Positions 51,636 to 58,894 of a DNA stretch of 64,000 nt are shown here, one piece after another; within the stretch, counting starts at the first letter, position 1, and each line of letters starts with the position of its first letter. A program made the translations under genes and the position numbers. Source of the stretch: an uncultured Planctomycetaceae bacterium (GTDB lineage Bacteria > Planctomycetota > Planctomycetia > Planctomycetales > Planctomycetaceae). The notes beneath the pieces are model-generated. The model did not search any database. It was given only the letters and a program-made list of their open reading frames with translations, and had not been told where the DNA came from. Where the stretch lies: NCBI GenBank assembly GCA_963813715.1, contig CAWFAK010000007.1, positions 864,001 to 928,000 on the forward strand. Reading direction: 5' to 3'.

Positions 51636-52232
51636 TCAACTCTCCAGCGGGACGTTCCAATACGCCTCGCTGATGAACTTCGACCAGCTCATCATCCGCT
51701 CGCTCGTCCGTGCGTAGAGCGGCTTCCAGGCCGGTCGCACCGGCTCCCGATGCAGCTTCATCCGTGCCTGCGCCGGCGTGCGGTCGGCCTTGTGCTTGTT
51801 GCAGTCGATGCACGCCAGCACGCAGTTCTCCCACGTCGAGACGCCCCCTTGCGAACGCGGCACAACGTGGTCGATCGTCAGCTCGGCTCCGCCCGGCTGA
51901 CGGCCGCAGTACTGGCACGTCCAATGATCGCGCTTGTGGATGTTCCGCCGGCTGAAGGCGACCGCGGCCGTCGGCAGCCGGTTGTACTCCGCCAGCACGA
52001 TCACCTCCGGCACGCGCAGCGTCGACCGCACGCACTGGATGAAGTCGTCACCGTCGGCCGGCCGCAGCCGCGACCAGTCGGCCCACGTGTAGAGCCGAAA
52101 ATCGCGCGGATCGACGACGCGGGCCGCCTCGTTCCACAACAGCACCAGCGCCCGGGCGACCGTCGCCACGTTCACGGGCTGCCAGTTGCGATTGAGGACC
52201 AGCGCCGGCCGCTGGAGCGTTCGCGTCGTCAT
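51636..52232 (-). CDS. HNH endonuclease (McrA-like, zinc-binding) embedded in the tRNA array
   Basis: LVLNRNWQP; FSRRNIHKRDHWTCQYCG...TIDHVVPRSQGG..TWENCVLACIDCNKHK; GGAGG RBS. Confidence 0.93.
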   Translation of the reverse strand: MTTRTLQRPALVLNRNWQPVNVATVARALVLLWNEAARVVDPRDFRLYTWADWSRLRPADGDDFIQCVRSTLRVPEVIVLAEYNRLPTAAVAFSRRNIHKRDHWTCQYCGRQPGGAELTIDHVVPRSQGGVSTWENCVLACIDCNKHKADRTPAQARMKLHREPVRPAWKPLYARTSERMMSWSKFISEAYWNVPLES

Positions 52233-52256
52233 GATTTTGTTCCTCCGCGAAAACAG

Positions 52257-52330
52257 GGTGCCCAGGGGGAGTTGAACCCACCCCTTCGACGTTCACAGCG
52301 TCGCGTGCAAACCGTTACACCACGGGCACC
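52257..52330 (-). tRNA. tRNA-His(GTG)
   Basis: CGACG-ctGTGaa-CGTCG; G-1:C73. Confidence 0.9.
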
Positions 52331-52419
52331 ATCCAATGGACCGTCCAAGGGACGGCTGGTGCCTCCGGCAGGGAAGTGCCCGCTGTCCTTCTGTCACACT
52401 TGTTGTTTGATAGGCAATT

Positions 52420-52491
52420 TGCCTCGACCAGGATTTGAACCCAGAACTCCTTGTTAGAAGCAAGGAATGATTTCCGTTTCACCATCGAGGC
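52420..52491 (-). tRNA. tRNA-Arg(TCT)
   Basis: CCTTG-ctTCTaa-CAAGG. Confidence 0.9.
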
Positions 52492-52507
52492 CCGTGGCTC
52501 GATCGAG

Positions 52508-52594
52508 CGGAAGGCAAGGGAATTGAACCCTCATCCGCACTCGGCGGAACCGCCTTAGCAGAGCGGCCCGGCCAACCGTATCCGGCTACCTTCC
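52508..52594 (-). tRNA. tRNA-Ser(GCT)
   Basis: CCGCT-ctGCTaa-GGCGG; long variable arm; G73. Confidence 0.88.
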
Positions 52595-52663
52595 GTATTT
52601 TTGTCCTTCTTGTTTCTGTACTGCCTTATTTCTGTACCTGCGGGCACCGTCCGAGGCTTCGAA

Positions 52664-52734
52664 TGGACCGCCGGGGAATCGAACCCCGATTTCCTGGTTG
52701 CAAGCCAGGCGTCTTCCCGTTTGACGAGCAGCCC
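52664..52734 (-). tRNA. tRNA-Ala(TGC)
   Basis: CCTGG-ctTGCaa-CCAGG; G3:U70. Confidence 0.92.
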
Positions 52735-52743
52735 GGGTTGGAG

Positions 52744-52850
52744 AGTCCAAAGTCCAAGGTCCAACGTCCAAAGTCGGAAAGACAAAAAGACCGCGGCCGC
52801 CGTCGTCTCTTGTTTTCTGACCTTGCTTTGGACTTTGGACTTCTGGACCT
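52744..52850. repeat. Inverted heptamer tandem repeats
   Basis: (nGTCCAA)x4, then (TTTGGAC)x2-3 in the opposite orientation. Confidence 0.75.
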
Positions 52851-52866
52851 TCGCCATTAGGCGAAT

Positions 52867-52942
52867 TGACCGAGGTGGGAGTCGAACCCACAAAGTCACG
52901 GCGCTCTCGACACCGCCGCTTTGCCGGTTTGCGTACTCGGCC
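52867..52942 (-). tRNA. tRNA-Leu(GAG)-like, short variable region, C33
   Basis: CGGTG-tcGAGag-CGCCG; D-arm nearly identical to array tRNA-Leu(CAA); A73. Confidence 0.72.
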
Positions 52943-52972
52943 GTTTTTGCACTATCTCCTTCGTTCGATCAG

Positions 52973-53041
52973 TAGCAGGTCCGGGTGTCGCACCCGGCCG
53001 GTGGAGCTTATGAGGCCCCACTGGGCACTGGCCCCCCTGCG
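52973..53041 (-). tRNA. tRNA(CAT), Met (possibly initiator) or Ile2, with a minimal D-arm
   Basis: GGGGC-ctCATaa-GCTCC; C1/T72 mismatch; D-arm GGGC-cagt-GCCC; T-loop TGCGACA. Confidence 0.65.
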
Positions 53042-53089
53042 TCATCGCGTCAAATAACGCTGCGTGATTCGACGATTCGTTGTTTGAAG

Positions 53090-53172
53090 TGACCAAGGGG
53101 AGAGTCGAACTCCCACGCCCGCGGGGCACGACATTCTGAGTGTCGCGTGTCTGCCAGTTCCACCACTTGGTC
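53090..53172 (-). tRNA. tRNA-Leu(CAG)
   Basis: CGACA-ctCAGaa-TGTCG; long variable arm. Confidence 0.92.
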
Positions 53173-53237
53173 GTTGTCGCATGTTCTCGGCGAGCGTGGT
53201 CGGTTCGTCGATTCGGTTCTGATTGCCTCGATGAAAG

Positions 53238-53310
53238 CGACCCGTGCGGGAGTCGAACCCGCCTTTGCGGCTTGAGGGGCCGCCGTCCTATGCCAATAGA
53301 CGAACGGGCC
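53238..53310 (-). tRNA. tRNA-Glu(CTC), C33
   Basis: GCGGC-ccCTCaa-GCCGC. Confidence 0.87.
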
Positions 53311-53340
53311 GAATTGTTCGTCGCATTTCCAATTGACGAG

Positions 53341-53422
53341 TGCGTCGGGCAGGAGTCGAACCTGCAATGCCATCAGGCGGGTGGTTTACAGTCACTGGGG
53401 CACGCCAATGCCCAGCCGACGC
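53341..53422 (-). tRNA. tRNA-Tyr(GTA)
   Basis: Loop ctGTAaa; long variable arm; T-loop TTCGACT. Confidence 0.85.
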
Positions 53423-53440
53423 GTATTTGTTCTCTCGAAG

Positions 53441-53515
53441 TGGCACGAGTGGGAGTCGAACCCACAGACCACGAAGGTTTGAGCTTCGCCGCTTTGCCAG
53501 TTTGCGTACCGTGCC
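53441..53515 (-). tRNA. tRNA-Leu(CAA)-like, short variable region
   Basis: CGAAG-ctCAAac-CTTCG; variable region TGGTCT; A73. Confidence 0.8.
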
Positions 53516-53534
53516 CTCTCGCGATTTCTCGAAG

Positions 53535-53609
53535 CGTCTCCGATGGGATTCGAACCCACGATCTCCACCGTGACAGGGTGGCGGGGACGGCCAACTCCCC
53601 TACGAAGAC
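53535..53609 (-). tRNA. tRNA-Asp(GTC)
   Basis: CCACC-ctGTCac-GGTGG; G73. Confidence 0.92.
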
Positions 53610-53687
53610 CGGCGTTGCCGGCTTGTGCCTCCGGCAGGCAGACGAAGGACCGCAGGGTTATGCTTGCGGTTCGCCTCAATTCTTCAG

Positions 53688-53759
53688 TAATCCCGGATGG
53701 ACTCGAACCATCGTTGCCTGGGTGTAGGCCAGGAGTCGTTGCCGCTGGACCACGGGATC
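53688..53759 (-). tRNA. tRNA-Val(TAC), C33
   Basis: CCTGG-ccTACac-CCAGG. Confidence 0.87.
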
Positions 53760-53833
53760 TTTTTGTTCTGAACGCGTTGTGCGAATTGGACGGCTCCCGA
53801 TGGTCGCCTTTCTTCGTGTAGTGCGATTAGCAG

Positions 53834-53919
53834 CGGAAGCCGTGGGACTCGAACCCACAATTCGCGCACGGCGAACACCTGTTTTCGGGACAGGCCCCTC
53901 ATCCGGCCGGATGACTTCC
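53834..53919 (-). tRNA. tRNA-Ser(CGA), C33
   Basis: CCTGT-ccCGAaa-ACAGG; long variable arm; G73. Confidence 0.85.
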
Positions 53920-53945
53920 GTGAGATACGAACTTAGCTTTTCCAG

Positions 53946-54021
53946 TTGCGGGGGCTGGAATCGAACCAGCGGCCTCCAGGTTCAGAGCCTGGCGTCACGT
54001 ACCAGCAGCAACTGCCCCGCA
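53946..54021 (-). tRNA. tRNA-Gln(CTG)
   Basis: CCAGG-ctCTGaa-CCTGG; U1-A72. Confidence 0.87.
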
Positions 54022-54066
54022 GCGTGTTTTGCCCTCTTATTAACGAGCGTCCGTCGGTGAAAACTG

Positions 54067-54137
54067 TTCGGGGAGAAGGATTCGAACCTTCATCACCTGC
54101 TTCAAAGGCAGGCAGCCTACCGTTAGCCGATCCCCGA
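54067..54137 (-). tRNA. tRNA-Gln(TTG)
   Basis: CCTGC-ctTTGaa-GCAGG; U1-A72. Confidence 0.9.
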
Positions 54138-54166
54138 GCACGCGCGCTTTCAAATTCCATCCACAA

Positions 54167-54238
54167 AGTGCCCTGCGGGAGTTGAACCCGCCTCGCCGGC
54201 TTGGAAGGCCGGCACCTTTGCCGCTCGGCCAAGGGCAC
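54167..54238 (-). tRNA. tRNA-Gly(TCC)
   Basis: CCGGC-ctTCCaa-GCCGG; U73. Confidence 0.92.
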
Positions 54239-54258
54239 AGTCGTTTCAATTTCTCAGG

Positions 54259-54345
54259 CGGAAGCCGTGGGACTCGAACCCACAAGCGAGTGGTTGCTCG
54301 CCTCCTGTTTTCAAGACAGGACCCTCATCCGGCCGGATGGCTTCC
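54259..54345 (-). tRNA. tRNA-Ser(TGA)
   Basis: CCTGT-ctTGAaa-ACAGG; long variable arm. Confidence 0.87.
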
Positions 54346-54372
54346 GTGAGACAACAAATTTTCGACAGACAG

Positions 54373-54447
54373 CTGCGGCGGCAGGAATCGAACCTGCGTC
54401 GGGATGATTAACAGTCACCTGCCCGTACCAACACGGGCCCCACCGCA
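54373..54447 (-). tRNA. tRNA-Asn(GTT)
   Basis: GGTGA-ctGTTaa-TCATC; G73. Confidence 0.87.
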
Positions 54448-54509
54448 ATGCGACTTCTTCTTCCTCCGGAGAACCGGCGGGCTAACACCCGCGCGCTCGC
54501 CTGCGAAAG

Positions 54510-54580
54510 AGCACCCAGCGGGAGTCGAACCCGCACTTCCGCCCTGGCAAGGCAGCAGGCTGCCGCTACATCATGGGTGC
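54510..54580 (-). tRNA. tRNA-Gly(GCC)
   Basis: CTGCC-ttGCCag-GGCGG; U73. Confidence 0.88.
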
Positions 54581-54712
54581 GTTTTTTTGTCCTGGTCGAG
54601 TTGTCAAAGAACCATGCACACGGAACGGTCGTCCGCGCAAATTCAAACGCGACGGCCGAAGGGCCGTGCCGAATAACCACGGCGGCCAAAGGGGCCGCGA
54701 AAACTAACGCAG

Positions 54713-54784
54713 AGCACAGGGTGGGACTCGAACCCACGTTTCCGCATTACGGGTGCGGAGTCCTCGCCGCTGAACGACCCGTGC
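54713..54784 (-). tRNA. tRNA-Thr(CGT), C33
   Basis: CCGCA-ccCGTaa-TGCGG. Confidence 0.87.
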
Positions 54785-54831
54785 TTGCCGTTGTCGAACT
54801 GTCGCCGTCAAACTCGTCGTCATCTCATCAG

Positions 54832-54904
54832 TGGGACCAGAGGGACTTGAACCCTCACCGACCTGGTTAAGAGCCAGGCATGCTGCCGCTAACACCTTGA
54901 TCCC
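54832..54904 (-). tRNA. tRNA-Lys(CTT)
   Basis: CCTGG-ctCTTaa-CCAGG. Confidence 0.9.
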
Positions 54905-54920
54905 GTGTGCGTTTCCGAAG

Positions 54921-54992
54921 TGGGGCCGGAGGGATTTGAACCCACGCCTCGCAGATTAAAAGTCTGCTGTGCTACCGTTACACCACGACCCC
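54921..54992 (-). tRNA. tRNA-Lys(TTT)
   Basis: GCAGA-ctTTTaa-TCTGC. Confidence 0.92.
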
Positions 54993-55066
54993 GCGTGTGG
55001 CCGTGGCTCTGTTTCTTCCGGTACCGTCGGGTCACTTTTTTATCTCCGAAAAAAAGCCCAAAAGAG

Positions 55067-55137
55067 TCGCTCGGGGTGGAGTCGAACCACCGTTTTCGCC
55101 TTATCAGAGCGACGTACTTCCGTTGCACTACCGAGCG
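55067..55137 (-). tRNA. tRNA-Ile(GAT)
   Basis: TCGCT-ctGATaa-GGCGA. Confidence 0.88.
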
Positions 55138-55159
55138 TGCTGCTCCTGCATTTCTTCAG

Positions 55160-55231
55160 TCGGGATGGCTGGAATCGAACCAGCTTCCACGTGTTCCCGA
55201 AACACGCGGGCGCCCGGAGCCCTTCATCCCG
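55160..55231 (-). tRNA. tRNA-Pro(CGG)
   Basis: CGTGT-ttCGGga-ACACG; C1-G72, A73. Confidence 0.87.
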
Positions 55232-55251
55232 TTCTTGTTTGTCTTCTCGAA

Positions 55252-55323
55252 TGACTCGTGCGGGATTTGAACCCGCGTCGCCGCCTTGAAAGGGCAGAAT
55301 CCTCACCGTTAGACGAACGAGCC
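55252..55323 (-). tRNA. tRNA-Glu(TTC)
   Basis: CTGCC-ctTTCaa-GGCGG. Confidence 0.9.
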
Positions 55324-55359
55324 TTTTCTTCGTGCATCAGCGCGCAAGCTGAGCGCAAG

Positions 55360-55431
55360 TGGGTCGGGAGGCGCTCGAATCCTCGTCCCCTGGTTTTCAG
55401 CCAGGCGCTAAACCGTCTCAGCTACCGACCC
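55360..55431 (-). tRNA. tRNA-Phe(GAA), first tRNA of the array
   Basis: CCTGG-ctGAAaa-CCAGG. Confidence 0.88.
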
Positions 55432-55491
55432 ATGGTCCGGCCGTGTCGTTCCGCACGTGTTGCCCGGCACGACGAAACAAAAGAGCCAAAC

Positions 55492-55523
55492 AAAAAAAGC
55501 CCGATGTCTTTGTGACACCGGGC
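55492..55523 (-). terminator. Intrinsic terminator in the leader, upstream of the first tRNA
   Basis: GCCCGGTGTC-acaaa-GACATCGGGC-TTTTTTT on the minus strand. Confidence 0.8.
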
Positions 55524-55560
55524 CGACGAGAGTCTTGCTCTCCACAGGGTTGGGCCAGCG

Positions 55561-55680
55561 TCACAAGTGCCGCGGATATGAAAACGGATTCCCACCGGGC
55601 AACGTCTTGGCAATTTGACGTCCCTGCTGGGCGGAATAACCCGCGGATATTTGCATCGAGCTGGGCCAGAGGCATGCCAT
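55561..55680 (-). CDS. Putative 39-aa leader peptide of the tRNA-array attenuator
   Basis: MACLWPSSMQISAGYSAQQGRQIAKTLPGGNPFSYPRHL*; GGAAAG about 10 nt upstream; the TGA stop lies within the antiterminator strand. Confidence 0.55.
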   Translation of the reverse strand: MACLWPSSMQISAGYSAQQGRQIAKTLPGGNPFSYPRHL

Positions 55681-55749
55681 GGAACGAGTGCTTTCCACTG
55701 CGTCGTTGATGTCGCGAATCGCAAAAACGTTTGCGACTCGTCTGCTCGC

Positions 55750-55777
55750 TTAGACGCGGCCGGAACACGGAAGGTTC
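55750..55777 (-). promoter_or_regulatory. Putative ECF-sigma promoter of the tRNA array
   Basis: GAACCTT-N15-GTCTAA (GAAC-N17-CGTC), preceded by an A-tract. Confidence 0.55.
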
Positions 55778-55875
55778 ACGGCGATTTCGAGAATTTTTTT
55801 ATTCGCCGGACCGAAGGGGGGGCTGCGTTGCCTTTCTCGCTCGTCGGGCGGACGAGGAGGATTGCGCGCGAAGCT

Positions 55876-58234
55876 TTAGTTCAGCCCCTTCTGCGCCTCG
55901 GCGTTCGAGGGGTCGATCGTCAGAACTTTCCGAAAGCAGTCCTTGGCCTGTTCGTCGCGGTCGAGTGATTTCAGCACCTGGCCGCGCAAGGTCAGCAGGT
56001 TGACCTGGTTCTTGAGCACATTCTCTCGCGTGGCCGGCATTCCCTTGGGGACCGCTTTTTGCCATTGGTCCGGGTGCTCGAGCAGGCGGGTCAGCATGGC
56101 GATGCCGACGCCCAGCTCGCGCTGTTCCTGCTCGCGTGCGTCGGGTGCGATTTCCACGTTGTTGATCTTGATGCCGTCGAGCCGATCCAGCACCTGGCTC
56201 AGAATCGCGTGCGAGCCGACGTCGTCGGGCGCGAGCCGCAGCCGCTGTAGCGTGAAGAAGTACGCCGCCACCGGATCGAGCGCGGCCAGCTTGATGCCTC
56301 CCTGCAGGTCGGCCGGCGTGTAGGGACGGGAGAAGCGATCGGCCAGGCCGACCTCCGCCTGGTTCACCTTGGAGATGCGTCGCCAGGCGACCTGGCGGGC
56401 GGCGTGCAGCTCCGCGCAGCCTGGATCGACCATCAGTCCCCGCTCGATCACGCGGTCGGCCAGTTGCTGATCGTAGAACACGGCTTCGACGTGCGCCCAA
56501 AGATAATAGACGCGCGGATCCATTGGCTCGAGCTTGAGCGCGAGATCCTCCACGGCCGCCACGCGCGGCGCGTCGTTGGTGCGAGTGAGCTGGTCCATGC
56601 GATCGGCAGCGGCCAGTTCGGCGGCCGTCGGCTGGCGGGTGTAGGTCGTCGTGGTGACTTCGACTTTTCCCCCGCCGATATTGCGCCGCGAGCTCGCCGA
56701 CCAGGTTTTCGGCAATCGCATGCGCTCGGCGCTCAGCAGGTTCTCGCTGCCGCGAACTCGGTTGTACTCCGCATAAATCATCAGTTGCAGCGGATCGGTC
56801 GGGTTGAGCGAATCCCCCTGCCCCAGCGCCGGGCCGTTCCCTCCGATCAGCCAGTTGAGCCGCGTGAGTTGCCGCTCGAACTCCAGGTCATTCTGCCCCA
56901 GTGCGCGGATCGCCTTGAGGGTGTCGCTCGCCCGCCGCAGATGCTTGGAAAAGACGTGCGTGTGCGGCGGGTCCTCCATTTTGTAGAGCCATTCGCCCGT
57001 CCGCAGGTTGAGCACCACGTGCGTCTGGTTGCGAGTGCCGAGCGCTTCCTTGGTGGTTTCGAACTGGCGATCGAACCAGAACTCACTCTTTCGGCCGTTG
57101 CCGATCTCGGTGACGACGGGGCTGGCGAGCGCCGTCTTTTTCTCGCGTTCGATCTCATCAACGAGCCGCTTGAAGAGGGCCACTTGCGGGCCGAGATCCT
57201 TCGGATCCTCTTTGACGGCCTGCTCGAGCGCCGCCAGCCCGCGGGTCGCGTCGTCGCGACGGACCGCTTCGACGCGCGTCCACCAGTCGGCCATCTTGTC
57301 GAGGGCCGTACGGATCTCGTCGTCGCTGCGGCCGTCGCGAACGAGGGCCCGCAAGCCGCGGCAAATGCTCTCCGACTTCTGCGCGACGGCCAGCTTGTCG
57401 AAGGTGCCGATCTGCTCGGCGGGCGAATCAAGCGGTATTTCTCCTTCGGGAAAGACAAACTCGCCGATGGGCGACGGCGGGATCAGTTTGTGGCGCGTGT
57501 AAATCTGCACACCGACAGCCGGCTCCCGCTTGGAGAGGGGCGCGCCGGTCGCCGCGTCGAGATATAAAAAAGTGCCGTAGGCCCGGTCGACGACGACGTC
57601 GCGATCGCGGACGGCCAGCATTCGCCAGACGACCTTGCCCTTGGGGGCGTGGGCCTCGGTGTCCGCCAGCTTGACGGGCAGGTGTCGCAGGACGCCGTAC
57701 AACGGATAGGACGTCGGCTCTTCGTTCGAGTTCACTGCGACGGGCGGCTCCGCACCGGGCCGCAGCAGCTGGACGTAAATTTGATCTTCGCGGACGGTGG
57801 GGGCCAGGTCCCACAGTCCGCGGACGGCTTCTTCAGGCGACAAGACACCGTCGGGCAGTGCTGCGGGTCTGGAGGAGGCGTCGAGCGCGTAGGGACTGTT
57901 GAACATCTTGCGGCCCTCGACTCGCACTTCGAGAGCCATCCCTTCGGCCTTCGGCGCGAAATACAAGAACCGTGCACCAACCGGTTCAAAGCGCGAGCGC
58001 GTGTAAGCGCCCCACAAATCGACGCGGAACAGCTTTGCGCCGGCATTCCAATTGACGGCAGCAGCGTTCGCCTGATTGCGAACCGCAGCAAACTCCTGCA
58101 GGCTGGCGGTGGGCTCGCCAGCGGACGGCGGCGACGGCGGCGATTGCTAACCTTGCAGTCGCAACCGCAAAGCCCAATGACAGCCAGGCGACGCGCAGGA
58201 AACGACGCGCCGCGAACCCGTGGCCCGTGTTCAT
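55876..58234 (-). CDS. Exported TPR-containing protein (frameshifted near the N-terminus)
   Basis: 713-aa ORF plus a signal-peptide-like segment from ATG 58234; C-terminal TPR LRGQVLKSLDRDEQAKDCFRKVLTIDPSNAEA. Confidence 0.7.
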
Positions 58235-58281
58235 GACCGATCCTCGGCGATTTTTCTGTGGCCCCGGTCCGGGCCGACTCC

Positions 58282-58851
58282 CTATTTCAGCCCGAGCTTC
58301 CGGCCCGCTTCCAGCAGGCCGATCATTTCGCGCAGACGCTTTTGTTTCGTCTCGTCCCGCTTGGCCGAATCGACCCAGGCGATGTAATTCCGCTTGCACG
58401 AGGGAGCGAGCTTTTCAAAATGCTGCCGCGCCCGCGGATTCGCCTGTATCTCTTTGTCCATATAAGACGGGAGCGCTGTGATCGATGGCCGCGGTGCATC
58501 GCCGCTGCGCGCCGTCGGCGGCCGGTCGAGACCGGGCTGGGCGAGCCGCCCCTGTGCTTTCAATTCCGCGTATCGCCGGCGATTGATGGTCGACCAGCGG
58601 CTATCGAGCTTGCGCGGCGTGAACTTTCGCGCGTAGCGATCGTCGTCGAGTCGCCGCACCAGGCTGTCGATCCAGCCGAAGCACAGGGCCTCGTCGATGG
58701 CATCGCCCAGCTCGATCGATTTCTCGCCCGTGTGCTGTTTGTAGAACACGAGCCACACCTCGGGCTCCGCGGCGTGATTTTTTTCGAGCCACTTCCGCCA
58801 CAGCCGGCGGGAGCGCACATCCAGCGTTTTCAGACTCTTGGCCGACATCAT
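58282..58851 (-). CDS. YdeI/OmpD-associated family protein
   Basis: WRKWLEKNH, EALCFGWIDS, FTPRKLDSRWSTIN, SAKRDETKQKRL. Confidence 0.9.
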   Translation of the reverse strand: MMSAKSLKTLDVRSRRLWRKWLEKNHAAEPEVWLVFYKQHTGEKSIELGDAIDEALCFGWIDSLVRRLDDDRYARKFTPRKLDSRWSTINRRRYAELKAQGRLAQPGLDRPPTARSGDAPRPSITALPSYMDKEIQANPRARQHFEKLAPSCKRNYIAWVDSAKRDETKQKRLREMIGLLEAGRKLGLK

Positions 58852-58894
58852 TAGACTCAACCTGACACTTGACTCCTGACCGCCCACCCGAGTT

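Noticed and set aside
50718..55431. Selenocysteine, pyrrolysine or suppressor tRNAs
   Set aside because: No TCA, CTA or TTA anticodon in the correct loop register. TGA is Ser and TAA is Leu.
50700..55450. CRISPR array, or protein ORFs across the tRNA region
   Set aside because: The recurring GGAGTCGAACC motifs are T-arms of tRNA cloverleaves. There are no constant repeats or cas genes, and the listed ORFs other than HNH are translations of tRNA sequence.
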